DNA of 64,000 bases, taken from positions 8,330 to 72,329 of IMG/VR virus record IMGVR_UViG_3300010234_000007. One strand, given 5' to 3'. The notes beneath the pieces were generated by a model. The model was given only the letters and a program-made list of their open reading frames with translations, did not search any database and was not told where the DNA came from. This stretch comes from a virus. Lineage: Duplodnaviria; Caudoviricetes. This document shows positions 29,001 through 36,112 of the stretch, piece after piece (the stretch's first letter is position 1; the number at the start of each line of letters is the position of its first letter). Position numbers and translations under genes: made by a program.

Positions 29001-29787
29001 AGCCTTCAGCGCCACCGGACAGGACAGAACGCGTTAGTATTCCGAAGATACGGTTCTTGATTTTTGTGGGGATGTCTTTCTTCGCGGCACCGAGGAGCCT
29101 CTTCAGCGGGGCCATCGCAACGCGCACCGGGAAGACTTCCGTGAGGCCGACCGCGCCGCCCCATAAGATCGCGCTGTTCTGGTCAGACTGGCTGACCGTA
29201 TGCCCAGCTTCGAGGCGGGCGAGAACACGATCTACTTGTTCACCTGCGCCCACAGTCGAGGCGAGGCCCCACTGCGACAGGTTTAATGCCTTGGCGACAA
29301 CCGGGGCCTTGGTGGCAAGGCTGGCAGCACCTACACCGGGCACCATGAAGGTTAACATAGAGCCACCAGCGTCGCCGAACCGGGCGGCATCTGTGGTGGC
29401 ATAGCCCTTCTTAGCGGCGAGCCAGCCCTTGTTGAAGACATGGTCCTTCGCGTCTTGCGTCCACTCTACGACAGCGCTGTCCTTAACGCCGGGAACGCCC
29501 TCAATACCAACCGCATCGGCACCGGCTTTAACCAGCCCGGCACCACCTTCTATCGCGGTGAGAGCTGTCCCAGCTAAGCCACGACCGAGCCCCTTAAAGA
29601 ACTCCGCCCCGCCCTGCCAATAAGAGAAGTCTTCGTCAGAGACCTCACTCTCGGGACGGTTTGGACGCCCAGACAGGGCATCGCCGATATCGGCTAAGAC
29701 AGACTGTGAGGGCTTCTTGACTGTAAGCGCCGGTGCCTTGCTGGCATACCCGCCGGTTATTTCATCAAGGAATTTATCTTCAGCCAC
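20080..29787 (-). CDS. giant polyvalent internal virion/ejection protein (zincin peptidase, HhH-like module, two ADP-ribosyltransferase-like domains, LPD38-like C-terminus)
   Basis: 3235 aa; HEIIH...HEE; WY..AALSPQ..GPKVNSF..VTNDTW; YHG..GPGFYLT..GYDG; YHG..GQGFYFT..GYDG..NPDIRY; LPIPFEIG..IPER..NP.P..I.P..E...NY. Confidence 0.85.
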   Translation of the reverse strand: MAEDKFLDEITGGYASKAPALTVKKPSQSVLADIGDALSGRPNRPESEVSDEDFSYWQGGAEFFKGLGRGLAGTALTAIEGGAGLVKAGADAVGIEGVPGVKDSAVVEWTQDAKDHVFNKGWLAAKKGYATTDAARFGDAGGSMLTFMVPGVGAASLATKAPVVAKALNLSQWGLASTVGAGEQVDRVLARLEAGHTVSQSDQNSAILWGGAVGLTEVFPVRVAMAPLKRLLGAAKKDIPTKIKNRIFGILTRSVLSGGAEGLQEAVASVMQDMIEKNIYNPDLKVGQSLYDEFRYGAGAGGLMRGVMEAMAASAGRRRDRNYTKRIREGLTSTREAYNQSTETPQEPGAQGASSSTLSIGQEAPAVAVTPRKVGEDLDTYAKRLATDFSDTIPIGPYTVKKGKKGYWVVGPEDARVGQAFAKKDEAEEFSATMESIGSAVELLRKKEAADSKKLEDGRIEQKALLEEARKTQTPFVFTADELSNAEAARLHSTRTNQGLPIKEQYTASELRSGGVSEAKVSALLDQQALTREYITPERVRVKAESKDINWESDAFTEFSRRLTGRPDLNSMNASQLSAMEDALDGLDGTTFEADPRAIPREYTEEQLDIARDRLHEGTTIGAIKRHTGVTGNRAAKAIQAALVEEGSLVRKGRTNKFIVPEPAPVPAPEVVIPSEVVAKLRGRLAKIAPDGTTLKLVESIQNGNADGAAVNRLVQLAKDVVAGKAPEAQLDEMLETLDHEIIHMLREADAFTDSEWTSLKQYAYTTFVPGSEIDSEGNPQDPVTFWQQAYNSYVLNPPDGVKPMKYVENVHEEAVAELFRFWAKDKDALLQVPPKVKSLMQRILDALKNFIGVMKDDKVIAEDILQRVESGEFGARSRNEVRAVKTARPEALEMAGFGSEITVTDPGIIAAQPGTAEEGRREDFYSLNNSAQEWRSNVFPLIQRGYVRKPTNAPSRFWPKKTRFVRALEGVNRLFEEYATGANPVPIRVAEQARRVYAWGNQKKGASQEEYQELSQGFWSSQALSDLSDALERFSPATPEQDAIVQLAMAVAAGDRARVKALAGPIIEENDVRRQYRRESYEGARSLEEEMRGLMYPPPGKKARYKLTKHVQQLNERVSGFRPILSGFTDEELTTIKTRMARNIVEALTNLPSASEMATVAYAGRGKRGWYVKSRKAIIDLFGAEHATRFTAVLAALSPQKPVEENLQQAIELWTKWIAAGRPKPVIPTASSLEGRRVQMANDPVFKMMLDTITSDTTDTNDVWAWGNNVLRSFRADDPTQIVLSGPKVNSFFLNLYRDMQEVTNDTWMANYAAIDKENAFSSRPVGRDEYGGIGGKSGGYLAYNNVTRRAAQILSKRTGDIWLPAEVQETIWSWSKALWESQVGQRFDYKNVTAAQVTEVPDFNLLFSEEINRRLLSDGGYQLKDIRDDRRDGEGADPTSAEGSGISEAAFGAHLTRAAKRLDSLYRRRIGQDAPKFSDTFRPKISALKATLDDVPAQRTVEDITDTFRAHPAVSRVDEAVEPTQRYKFRPKDSLAGAQMYHGGRTLTDPKQMDVQLTNPLDLFGPGFYLTDNYWLGLSYLQARPSTPEAMQSASVLAVKLKDNIRLLNLEKPLPPEVQAEFEQAFAMMREFGLDVVPPNGDDRSGAAWASMPVNAMTLAVEDKHVLSPADQSKFHAHWELLHDGLRSLGYDGFQHVGGGIAGDNEVNHNVAVLWEQSEAFDMDLAALPTREEQWSKIIEGGLADDVYANRFYDHISLYSGNKHSWPLNPAGTKGRVYMPRGAVSQLLEGGRKGPQYHDFEDLQSGRDLFQAPTNISGGLNENGDFVVDGVSGAENADHLSGLFEADEMIPVTLSDVTRTGEPYAEVGFSGRVIKDGEVYDARTSDAATAERSPHLRYKLTQGKRPGTSSIGPYMNERFALSKREPVQVAVDLAEQYRQEHGYGPGIVAHQEPPVTYLQRVADYLEDAEHSPDSAEVQASYDALIGAVVEQYKLLGDISIEPYIGDGDPYANSQAMLDDLAQNKHLYFYLTENGYGEGSDPINHPMLAPTEFMTSDGRYLLANDLFRVVHDFFGHAQNATNFGPTGEYNAFHEHASMVPPEAVPALAAETLAQNAWVNFGRHIRREDGSIPKRGDQDYIKFTERPYSDQKAVVIPTELLADDPWHGNFSAQDTQEMERYSLRTHNRQPVAVGIKAPNTSAFRRWFKDSKIVDADGKPMVVYHGSAEDFTIFKHGEASKVDGGWYGQGFYFTPRTSEASEYARMRDSREERFFGSQSSQVVMPVFLSMQNPYMIHRGMEPGFNSMKRQFRKDFGAEVFEAVAGTEGNPNITFTNNVNAWLAERGYDGVISINSNKVTIDELVVFEPTQIKSATGNDGSFSPTNPDIRYRLRHHHADTTDAQRQLIDDMYTSGPHTLGQVVLQNMRHKPGRRTNATIFRQKFFDKFARMAEIGEQAAKTDRDLYADTSAIGAARFAERSVGILASAYNYGIPVYKNGFTEVVDLKDENGENLGGLIKIMERVGKENLWKEFGAYSAAKRAARLKGEKRENFLTEAQIQTGLSIGQTYEWFEGVRQKYQRWNNGIVQFMVDTGVLDKKGMELWTEHQDYVPFYREAEGEAVTILKGKPVSAFGGIVGVKPSKKLKGGTTAFKGDWVELVTQNARAAIDMGMKNVAAQRAIRDAKTLGLSHEVKKPGDADVSIRVKGKTRHFVVDDPLLIDSLTAMAPTDLTGFMRALALPSQFLREMVTRDPGFMLANGLRDTVSAWVTTGRKFTPFLGTARGAVEAVYNSKTNQALQRSGAYGGHDFVGDIKNASKAFKNSYSKNPLIRAWGLLNKATEASDAATRNAVYKATLKETGNPAQAAFEALEVINFSRKGSSKTMRTMTALVPFLNARLQGLDIIYRAYKGDGTGKGSGVNKKLAQRRGIARGALLMLSTMVYYSLMSDEDEYKNAPDHERDGNWLVKHGKNTFKLPIPFEIGVLFKLIPERLMAYASGQDTGSDLRGALLRATMETLRINPLPQAIVPAIEAIANYSFYQGRAIEPYFMTGLDTKDRHTEYTSALSRAIGEQLGIPPIRLDHALRGYTGTLGSYFLTAMHELMSAGSGKVTPAYRIEQYPVIKRFLQSELPRGDVDKFYEMLTLVRSAKASINRALKSGDTERANELMQNKTYMKRYQYSKTLEQVARQISKINQMRNRIIVARDIQPTIKRQRLDELDKMKIMLTKQVSSIRKEIQ

Positions 29788-29789
29788 GC

Positions 29790-32087
29790 CTATCCACCGA
29801 AGTCTTTCTTTGCGTACTCTCTCACCCAGCTTGGTGGTATGTGGGTCGGGGCCTGCTTCCCAGCCGCCTTAAGTCTCGCCCTGATGTTATTTTCGTATGA
29901 TTTGTATGTGCTATTCATATCGCTTTTTTTCTTAACGATATCCCCCCACATCCTGATAAAGGCCTTGCCGCCGTAAGAGAGCTTGGCGGACCTCCCGGCA
30001 CCCCGCTGAGCCAACGCGGACTTCTTCAGGGCGAGGGTCTGATTGAACTGGTCGTTTTTCTGCAGCGCGCCTGCGATGGCGACGCGGATGCCAAGCATGT
30101 CTTTCTTGTCAGCGCGCATCTCCTTCTTCGATTTGGAGAACGCCTCCATACCGGCCTTACCACCCTCACCGACTGCGGTGCCGAAGAACGGTGATTTGGA
30201 CGCCATCATGGCAAACCCTGCCTTCATCATGGCTTCACCGATGGCCTCACCGCGCTCTTTCTTGCGGTCGGTCTTCATCTTCTGAAGCTCCTTCATGATG
30301 TCGGTGAAGCGACCCTCACCCGCGGCATTCTTAACGCCAGCCATATACGCAGCGGCTGATTTGCCTTTGAGGTTGCCACTCTTCGCGATGCTCGCCGCGG
30401 CTTTGCGCGCTGAGCCTGTTTTGCCGAGTGAAGCCTTGCCAGCGCCCGCCCCTTGCTTTGCGAACTTCTCCATAGACTTCCTGCGAGTTTCATCTCGGTC
30501 TGAAATAGCTGCAGGATCGGGCCCAATACTCTTAGGTGCGGCCTTCGCGTCACCTGCTTTTCCTTCTCCGCCAGACGAGCCTATCCATGCACGTTCAGCC
30601 CAAGTCTTCTTGTCAGCGAAGGGTACCTTGGACGTGTCACGGCGCAATTCTTTTGTGACCTTTTCGGCTAATGACGGATTTTTCTCCCGGTATTTCTGGT
30701 ATTCAGCAATCCGAGACTGGCTATTGACCGTCATGTCTGACGGTACCTTATAACTATCCCTGTTGCGCCCCCCAACCTCAGCCAGAGCACGGGCGCGTGG
30801 GTTCTGCGCCATACGCTTCCGAGCTGCAGCCTCTGCTTCTGCCAAGGTCATAGAGGTGCTTGGTGTTTTATAGCTAGAAGCATTGCGCTCTTGCAGCTCT
30901 CTGAGGGCCCGTTGCCGAGGCATGCCAGCCATACGCTTACGCGCAGCCTCTTCTGCCTGTTCACGAGTCATCCCCGGTTTTGCCACGGGTGGTGTGTACC
31001 TAGGGAGACTAGACGGGTCTGGTACGCCGGTCACTCCACGTACATCGGTGACACCTGCGTCAGGAGCCGATGGGTTGGGGAGATTGCGCAGCATGATCGC
31101 ACGCTTCAGCTTGCGCTGGTATGCCTGCTGTTCTTGAGTCATCAGGCCAAGGCGCGGATCGAGGTCTTGGTTTAGACGCAAGTCGCCAATCCCGCCACCT
31201 TCTGCGTAGCCTTGCACCATGCCACCACCAGCGTAGCCATCACCGCCCGGGTCACCGCCAGCACCACCTTGGTTCATGTCGTAGCTGTTCCAGCCACTAT
31301 ACACGTTAGGTGTGCCCGGCGAGTACTGGTACTGCATCGGGTTGTAAAACCCAGCGGACTGTTGCGGGTTGTACATTTTGGCAGCAAGATGCGGGTTGGT
31401 CTGGTTCACGAGGTCCCAGTCTTTGTACGCATATGAGTTCTGGTCTGAACGCCCGCCATACTTCTCACCGAAGTACCCAGCAGTGCCTTTATACCCTTGG
31501 GCCAAGTTCTGCATGTAGCGATTGTAGGCGTCCATGTGCCCGGGGGATTGAGCGATGTCGTCAGCCGCCGTATCTGTTGGTGTCGCGGGATTGTCAAAGC
31601 CGTAATCTACCGGGTTCTGCCCTAAGCCACTGTCTGGGATATAGTTGTCGATTTGAACAGCCGTTGCTTGTGTGGGCAGGGAATAAGGTGCGATGGTTGA
31701 GGGGTTGGGAAGTCCTTGTGCGGGGGAGGGGAGGCCTGTCATCGTCGGCATGAAGCCATCAGGTGCGCCACCAGTCGCGGCGTTCACCGGGCCTCCTTCA
31801 GCGTAACCCTGCCGGGGCGCGCTTTGGGGAAGCGGCATTCCCGCAGCCTCCCCGGCAGGACGCTCCGTCGCAGGATTAGGGCTCTGCGGACGAAAACTTT
31901 GCATGAGTTTCTGACGATACTCTTCGTTCATGGGCGCAGCCTCCGGCGCTTTCTCGCCATCGCGCATGTCTGTGCGGCGCTTCTGTTCAGCGAGGATGAG
32001 AAACTCTGGAATATTGGCGTGTTGCGCTTGCAGCTGTTCGTCAGACAATGACTTCACTACTTGCTGAAGCTTAGCTATGTTCTGCAT
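29790..32087 (-). CDS. internal virion (ejection) protein
   Basis: 765 aa; Gly/Ala/Gln-rich; GYAEGG repeats; MMKAGFAMMAS hydrophobic helix; position among ejection genes. Confidence 0.7.
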   Translation of the reverse strand: MQNIAKLQQVVKSLSDEQLQAQHANIPEFLILAEQKRRTDMRDGEKAPEAAPMNEEYRQKLMQSFRPQSPNPATERPAGEAAGMPLPQSAPRQGYAEGGPVNAATGGAPDGFMPTMTGLPSPAQGLPNPSTIAPYSLPTQATAVQIDNYIPDSGLGQNPVDYGFDNPATPTDTAADDIAQSPGHMDAYNRYMQNLAQGYKGTAGYFGEKYGGRSDQNSYAYKDWDLVNQTNPHLAAKMYNPQQSAGFYNPMQYQYSPGTPNVYSGWNSYDMNQGGAGGDPGGDGYAGGGMVQGYAEGGGIGDLRLNQDLDPRLGLMTQEQQAYQRKLKRAIMLRNLPNPSAPDAGVTDVRGVTGVPDPSSLPRYTPPVAKPGMTREQAEEAARKRMAGMPRQRALRELQERNASSYKTPSTSMTLAEAEAAARKRMAQNPRARALAEVGGRNRDSYKVPSDMTVNSQSRIAEYQKYREKNPSLAEKVTKELRRDTSKVPFADKKTWAERAWIGSSGGEGKAGDAKAAPKSIGPDPAAISDRDETRRKSMEKFAKQGAGAGKASLGKTGSARKAAASIAKSGNLKGKSAAAYMAGVKNAAGEGRFTDIMKELQKMKTDRKKERGEAIGEAMMKAGFAMMASKSPFFGTAVGEGGKAGMEAFSKSKKEMRADKKDMLGIRVAIAGALQKNDQFNQTLALKKSALAQRGAGRSAKLSYGGKAFIRMWGDIVKKKSDMNSTYKSYENNIRARLKAAGKQAPTHIPPSWVREYAKKDFGG

Positions 32088-32096
32088 GGTTACCCC

Positions 32097-32122
32097 AAAA
32101 AAAAGGCTCCGTGAGGAGCCTT
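32097..32122 (-). terminator. rho-independent terminator closing the inserted cassette
   Basis: AAGGCTCC-TCAC-GGAGCCTT followed by a T run (8 T in total). Confidence 0.85.
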
Positions 32123-32150
32123 AGTGATGTCGTGCAATGGTGTGGAACGT

Positions 32151-32483
32151 TTAATCGCTCTTGTCTTGGCCGTGGCCGCAGCCACCGCATCGCCCACGTT
32201 GTTCTTCTGATCCGCAGTATTCACATGTGTAGTGACTGACGAGTGCTTCGAGGCGCTTCATGTCTCGTGCATGCCGCGCATCTATGGCGTGCGGTCTCAA
32301 GGCGGCGTATTGCTGAACTCTGCGGGCGTTTTGAGAGTCGTGAGAGTCGTAAGCAAAGCTAATACCCTCACCGATAGAGATCGGCAGCACTGACAGATAC
32401 GCCCCTGAGCCCTTACCCATCGATTGAAGCAGAACCTTCATCGCCCAAAAAGGGAGCAATACCGATGTTGCCCGATCCTCCAT
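32151..32483 (-). CDS. small protein with C-terminal Zn ribbon
   Basis: CEYC...CGGC; true start may be MGKGSG near 32420. Confidence 0.55.
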   Translation of the reverse strand: MEDRATSVLLPFWAMKVLLQSMGKGSGAYLSVLPISIGEGISFAYDSHDSQNARRVQQYAALRPHAIDARHARDMKRLEALVSHYTCEYCGSEEQRGRCGGCGHGQDKSD

Positions 32484-32550
32484 TTCCGATCAAACCGCCC
32501 CATCCTTCGATGAAACCGTTATCCGTCTCGATAAAATCAAACTCACGCAT
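32413..32550 (-). CDS. 45-aa Gly-rich leader ORF downstream of the C4-like RNA
   Basis: CAGGAGAG SD; MREFDFIETDNGFIEGWGGLIGNGGSGNIG...; read by hand. Confidence 0.45.
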   Translation of the reverse strand: MREFDFIETDNGFIEGWGGLIGNGGSGNIGIAPFLGDEGSASIDG

Positions 32551-32570
32551 ACTGCTCTCCTGTGTTAGCG

Positions 32571-32710
32571 GATCACAGGCCGGGCGCTACTCCGGCTAGG
32601 GTTTACGCCCCCAGTTCATCGCCGTCGCTTCTCTGGGTTAGTTGCCCTCACTATACGTCCGAACACTAAAGTCGGCACGTGGTGTGTCTGCTTTCCACAC
32701 CGCTGTGATC
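32571..32710 (-). ncRNA. C4-antisense-like cloverleaf RNA, copy 1
   Basis: Closing stem GAUCACAG/CUGUGAUC; hairpin GGUGUG-GAAAGCAGA-CACACC; hairpin GCCGG-AGUAGCGC-CCGGC; both conserved blocks recur at 63893-64000. Confidence 0.75.
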
Positions 32711-32716
32711 ATGAGC

Positions 32717-32746
32717 AGTATACTAAGATGACAGGGTGTTTAGCAA
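32717..32746 (-). promoter_or_regulatory. sigma70-type promoter for the RNA cassette
   Basis: TTGCTA-18 bp-TATACT; predicted +1 falls near the 5' end of the closing stem. Confidence 0.6.
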
Positions 32747-32876
32747 GTCTTTTCTGGCTCCCGCGGCTGGATTACGAAGGAGTGTCTCCCCCGCCATCAA
32801 GGCTTTGTAGTCCAATCAAGCGGAGGAGACCACCGGGGTCAGCTGGCAGGGGCTTGCACACCCAATAATTTGTATA

Positions 32877-33857
32877 CTAGGAAGACAGCTGTTTTGCAAG
32901 TCCTAATCCTGCCAAACCAGCACCGGCCAGCTGGGCACCTTGGTTGGGTCCGGGCGTGTACATGGTCACTTCGGATTGTGGGGTGACCGGGATGCCACGG
33001 AGGATGCCACTGTAGAAGGCAAGTTGCTGGCGGTCGTGGTCGCGCTGGTTAATGAAGTCTGTGTATCCGACATCGTGGGACTGTTGCGCCAAATCCCGGT
33101 ACTGTCCTCCTTGAGACGCCAGAGCCTGCAGTCGCTGTAAATCCATCTGTTGGCGCTGCTGACCCAATCCGCCCAGAGCTGATCCAGCCTGTAGTCTGAT
33201 CCCAGCCGCGGCTCCCCGCGACGCCTCCGCAGCACGCTGAGATTGGTCGGTGAGAGAAGCGGCTTGAAGACCCGCCTGTCTGTCGCGATCAAAGGCACCT
33301 TGTGAGTTAGTATATCCCGTATTGAGCCCCTGCGCGACAACATCCTGCAGGCGATTGTCCCGCTCTCGCTGAGCCAGATGATCCGAAACGAACCGGCGAT
33401 CCCCGCCGAAAGCGCCAGCTTTAATATAAGAGGCATCTCGTCCGACTTGGTCAGCGTTATACTGTTCGTTGACTCGCCCAATCTGACGGTTAAGGACACT
33501 ATCGACATAGGGGTTCATGTAGTGGTTTGCAGCGGCGCTATTGAACTGGCCCCCAGTGAACTGGTTGCCGCCATAGCTTGAGTCATAGCCTGCCACAGAA
33601 CCGACTGTCTGTCCAGCCGCATCCACTTCGCCCGGCATCCCCATGCCCCGGACCTGTGAGTAAGCGTTGGACTGATCCTGTGCGAAGTCTGAAATGCGCT
33701 GGCCCGGATATGGCTCGTAGCTCCGGTTGCTTTCAGCCTCAGTTCTGTTCAGCAGTCGCTCGTAATACGGACGTGCGTATTCGGGGAGGTTTGTCTGCGT
33801 AACCTGAGATTGTGTGCTCGTAGGAGCTGAACCGCTCCCGCCGCCACCTTTACCCAT
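32877..33857 (-). CDS. ejection/DNA-transfer protein (P22 gp7-like position)
   Basis: MGKGGGG...TNLPEYARPYY; Gln/Ala/Gly-rich; C-terminal LAGAGLAGLG. Confidence 0.72.
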   Translation of the reverse strand: MGKGGGGSGSAPTSTQSQVTQTNLPEYARPYYERLLNRTEAESNRSYEPYPGQRISDFAQDQSNAYSQVRGMGMPGEVDAAGQTVGSVAGYDSSYGGNQFTGGQFNSAAANHYMNPYVDSVLNRQIGRVNEQYNADQVGRDASYIKAGAFGGDRRFVSDHLAQRERDNRLQDVVAQGLNTGYTNSQGAFDRDRQAGLQAASLTDQSQRAAEASRGAAAGIRLQAGSALGGLGQQRQQMDLQRLQALASQGGQYRDLAQQSHDVGYTDFINQRDHDRQQLAFYSGILRGIPVTPQSEVTMYTPGPNQGAQLAGAGLAGLGLAKQLSS

Positions 33858-34272
33858 CGTCTGGTACCTCTATCTGGAAGGCTGTGAACTCATCGGCCCA
33901 GCCTTGTTTCTTCAATTCACGCACCCAGCCCTTACGACCATACAGCTCCACGAGCGTGCAGCCGGTCTGCTTGGCGTAGGATTGCAGCACCTCCGTAGCC
34001 GGTCCTGACCATTCCGTCAGTTGCGCACCGCCACAAAACTGGCAGGTGAGGATGCGCCGACCGGGGTAGTCTGTCACCGACGTGGTGAACGCGGCGATGA
34101 CCGTATCATCGTCGTAGACAACCCAAAGCTGCTGATGCCCCGTCTTCAGGGCCTTGAAAATATCATAGAGCCCGTACCGCTCGAATGAGCGATCCGTTGC
34201 CCGCATAATGTGTGGTGCCGCTTCGCGCCACGCATCATCTAACCCGTCGTGGGGGATGAGCGATATGATCAT
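33850..34272 (-). CDS. phage GNAT-like acetyltransferase
   Basis: QLWVV...FCGG..L.EW...ELYGRKGW.R.L; usual position among ejection genes. Confidence 0.7.
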   Translation of the reverse strand: MIISLIPHDGLDDAWREAAPHIMRATDRSFERYGLYDIFKALKTGHQQLWVVYDDDTVIAAFTTSVTDYPGRRILTCQFCGGAQLTEWSGPATEVLQSYAKQTGCTLVELYGRKGWVRELKKQGWADEFTAFQIEVPDDG

Positions 34273-35807
34273 ACTGCCTGCATAATACCCTTGTTGATGT
34301 CAGGCGGCTGTTGTGTGGTGCCATGCTTCTGCTGTCGAATGCTGGCGACCATGCTGTCTAGCTTCTGGCCCCCACTCTTCGTGTCACCATTGCCGAGGTT
34401 GCTCACAACGTCCGCAGGCATAACATACTCTCCTGAGGAGAGATTAACAGGCTTCTGGCCATCCACTTGGGCAGGAATGCTGTCTGATGTACCGTCACCC
34501 ATGGTATCTGTGTATGACGGGCCGCTCTCAGCGATCACCATACGGCGCAGCTGCTCCAGTGCTTCTGGTCCATACTGCTCGATGAACTTAGCGATGACAG
34601 CCTGTGGGTTGGGATGCTTGCCTGTGAGTGCGGCCTTTGCCTCCTGAATAAGGGGCTCCTCACCACCGCCGGGGGGCATACCACCGGGCATACCACCCGC
34701 GCTGGGGATACCGCCATCCAGCATCCCACCTTCAGCGTAGCCGTCTGGCCCGGCGTCCGCGTAGTATCGGTCGCCGAACAAAAAGGAGCCTTGCCACTCT
34801 GTGGGGTAAGCCATATCTGCCGGGGCCGCGTGCGGGTCATTCTCTTCCAAAGCCGACTGCATTTTTGGACCGCTTTTTCTGGCCCCCCAGACATCGTCTG
34901 CATGCCAAGTGTCCGGGTTTTCACGCATGTCATCAATCCGCGAGCGAGGATCGATATCCACAGAACCGAGGGCGGCGTTCATCACTGCTTGCCGGTAATC
35001 ATCGTAATCAATCAAGCCACCTTCGGCATGGCCCGGGATAGGAACCTCAGTCCGGTACATCGGCGGCAACTGGTCCATCACCGGCACGCCCTCACCACCG
35101 CCATCAAACTCAATCGAGGCTTTCGGAGAAATGCGATCCTGTACGCGGGCGATGAGGTTGGGGTCAGTCGAGTCGTCAAAATACTGGTTGTGGGCAGAGA
35201 GATTGTAGGGCCAGATTTCACCACGCGCGGCGTCATACCGAGCGATTTCCTCTTTCTCAGCCATGGCGCGGTTCACAGCCAACGCGTGGGCGCTATCGCC
35301 GCTGTCCGTTGGACTACCATACCCGATCAAGCCGCCTTCTTGCATACCGTCTGTGGCATAGAAGCGATGCTCAGGGTCGAAGCCATGACGCCCACCGGGA
35401 TACTGGATGGTGCGGTTCGCCGGGAAGGCCTCTTCAGCACCTGCCCCGCTGTCCCCGCTGTCGAAGATAGATTTCTTCTTATCGGTACCGCCGGGGTTCG
35501 CCATGCCGTTCAGGAGACCCATACCCATCAAGCCCATGCTACCAGCTTTGAGGAGCCCGTTAGCGCCGAGACCTCCAAGGATACCTGCCCCGCCAGCTGT
35601 GGCGGTTGCGGGGGCTGCGCCCATAAGTATCGGGAGGCCACTAGAAGATGCTACACTGCCGAGCCCGGCTGCGCCTGCGCCCAAGGCTCCAGCGCCAGCC
35701 GCCGCCGTGCCTGCTGCTGCTGCTCCTGCGCCTGCCGCAGCTCCGGCACCAGCAGCCGCGGTGCCCCCGGCGAATAGTGATGCGAGAAAGGGTTCTAATC
35801 CGGTCAT
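34269..35807 (-). CDS. internal virion protein
   Basis: Ala/Gly N-terminus; three x-[AQ]-EGG motifs; C-terminal DSIPA...LSSGEYVMPADVV..LG.G. Confidence 0.75.
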   Translation of the reverse strand: MTGLEPFLASLFAGGTAAAGAGAAAGAGAAAAGTAAAGAGALGAGAAGLGSVASSSGLPILMGAAPATATAGGAGILGGLGANGLLKAGSMGLMGMGLLNGMANPGGTDKKKSIFDSGDSGAGAEEAFPANRTIQYPGGRHGFDPEHRFYATDGMQEGGLIGYGSPTDSGDSAHALAVNRAMAEKEEIARYDAARGEIWPYNLSAHNQYFDDSTDPNLIARVQDRISPKASIEFDGGGEGVPVMDQLPPMYRTEVPIPGHAEGGLIDYDDYRQAVMNAALGSVDIDPRSRIDDMRENPDTWHADDVWGARKSGPKMQSALEENDPHAAPADMAYPTEWQGSFLFGDRYYADAGPDGYAEGGMLDGGIPSAGGMPGGMPPGGGEEPLIQEAKAALTGKHPNPQAVIAKFIEQYGPEALEQLRRMVIAESGPSYTDTMGDGTSDSIPAQVDGQKPVNLSSGEYVMPADVVSNLGNGDTKSGGQKLDSMVASIRQQKHGTTQQPPDINKGIMQAV

Positions 35808-36112
35808 GATATACTCACTGTTACAGTGCCAAGTGAAAGGGTGCTGCTAAGGGATGGCGCATATTTATCGTTGTCCAAAACGATCTTCACAACGCCACCA
35901 GACTCAAAAACATCGCCTGCCCGGAGACAGTTGCCTGTGGTGGGCATGTTGGTTACATACAAGGTTGACATCTGGGCATCACCAAGATCGAACAGGGCCT
36001 GCTCCAGCTGCCCAAGACGTTGCACCAGACGCGCCAGATACCCAGAGTCATACTCCGGTGGCGGGTTAGGCAGCGCGCCACCCGGCGACCGGGCTTTCTT
36101 CGCCCGACTCAT
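35804..36112 (-). CDS. conserved virion-module protein
   Basis: LPNPPPEYD..YL..LV..L. Confidence 0.7.
   Translation of the reverse strand: MSRAKKARSPGGALPNPPPEYDSGYLARLVQRLGQLEQALFDLGDAQMSTLYVTNMPTTGNCLRAGDVFESGGVVKIVLDNDKYAPSLSSTLSLGTVTVSIS

Noticed and set aside
32571-32710. tRNA gene
   Set aside because: Too long, with no anticodon arm, TTC T-loop or CCA; better explained as a C4-like RNA
34614-35777. 387-aa + strand ORF
   Set aside because: Shadow of the 512-aa virion protein
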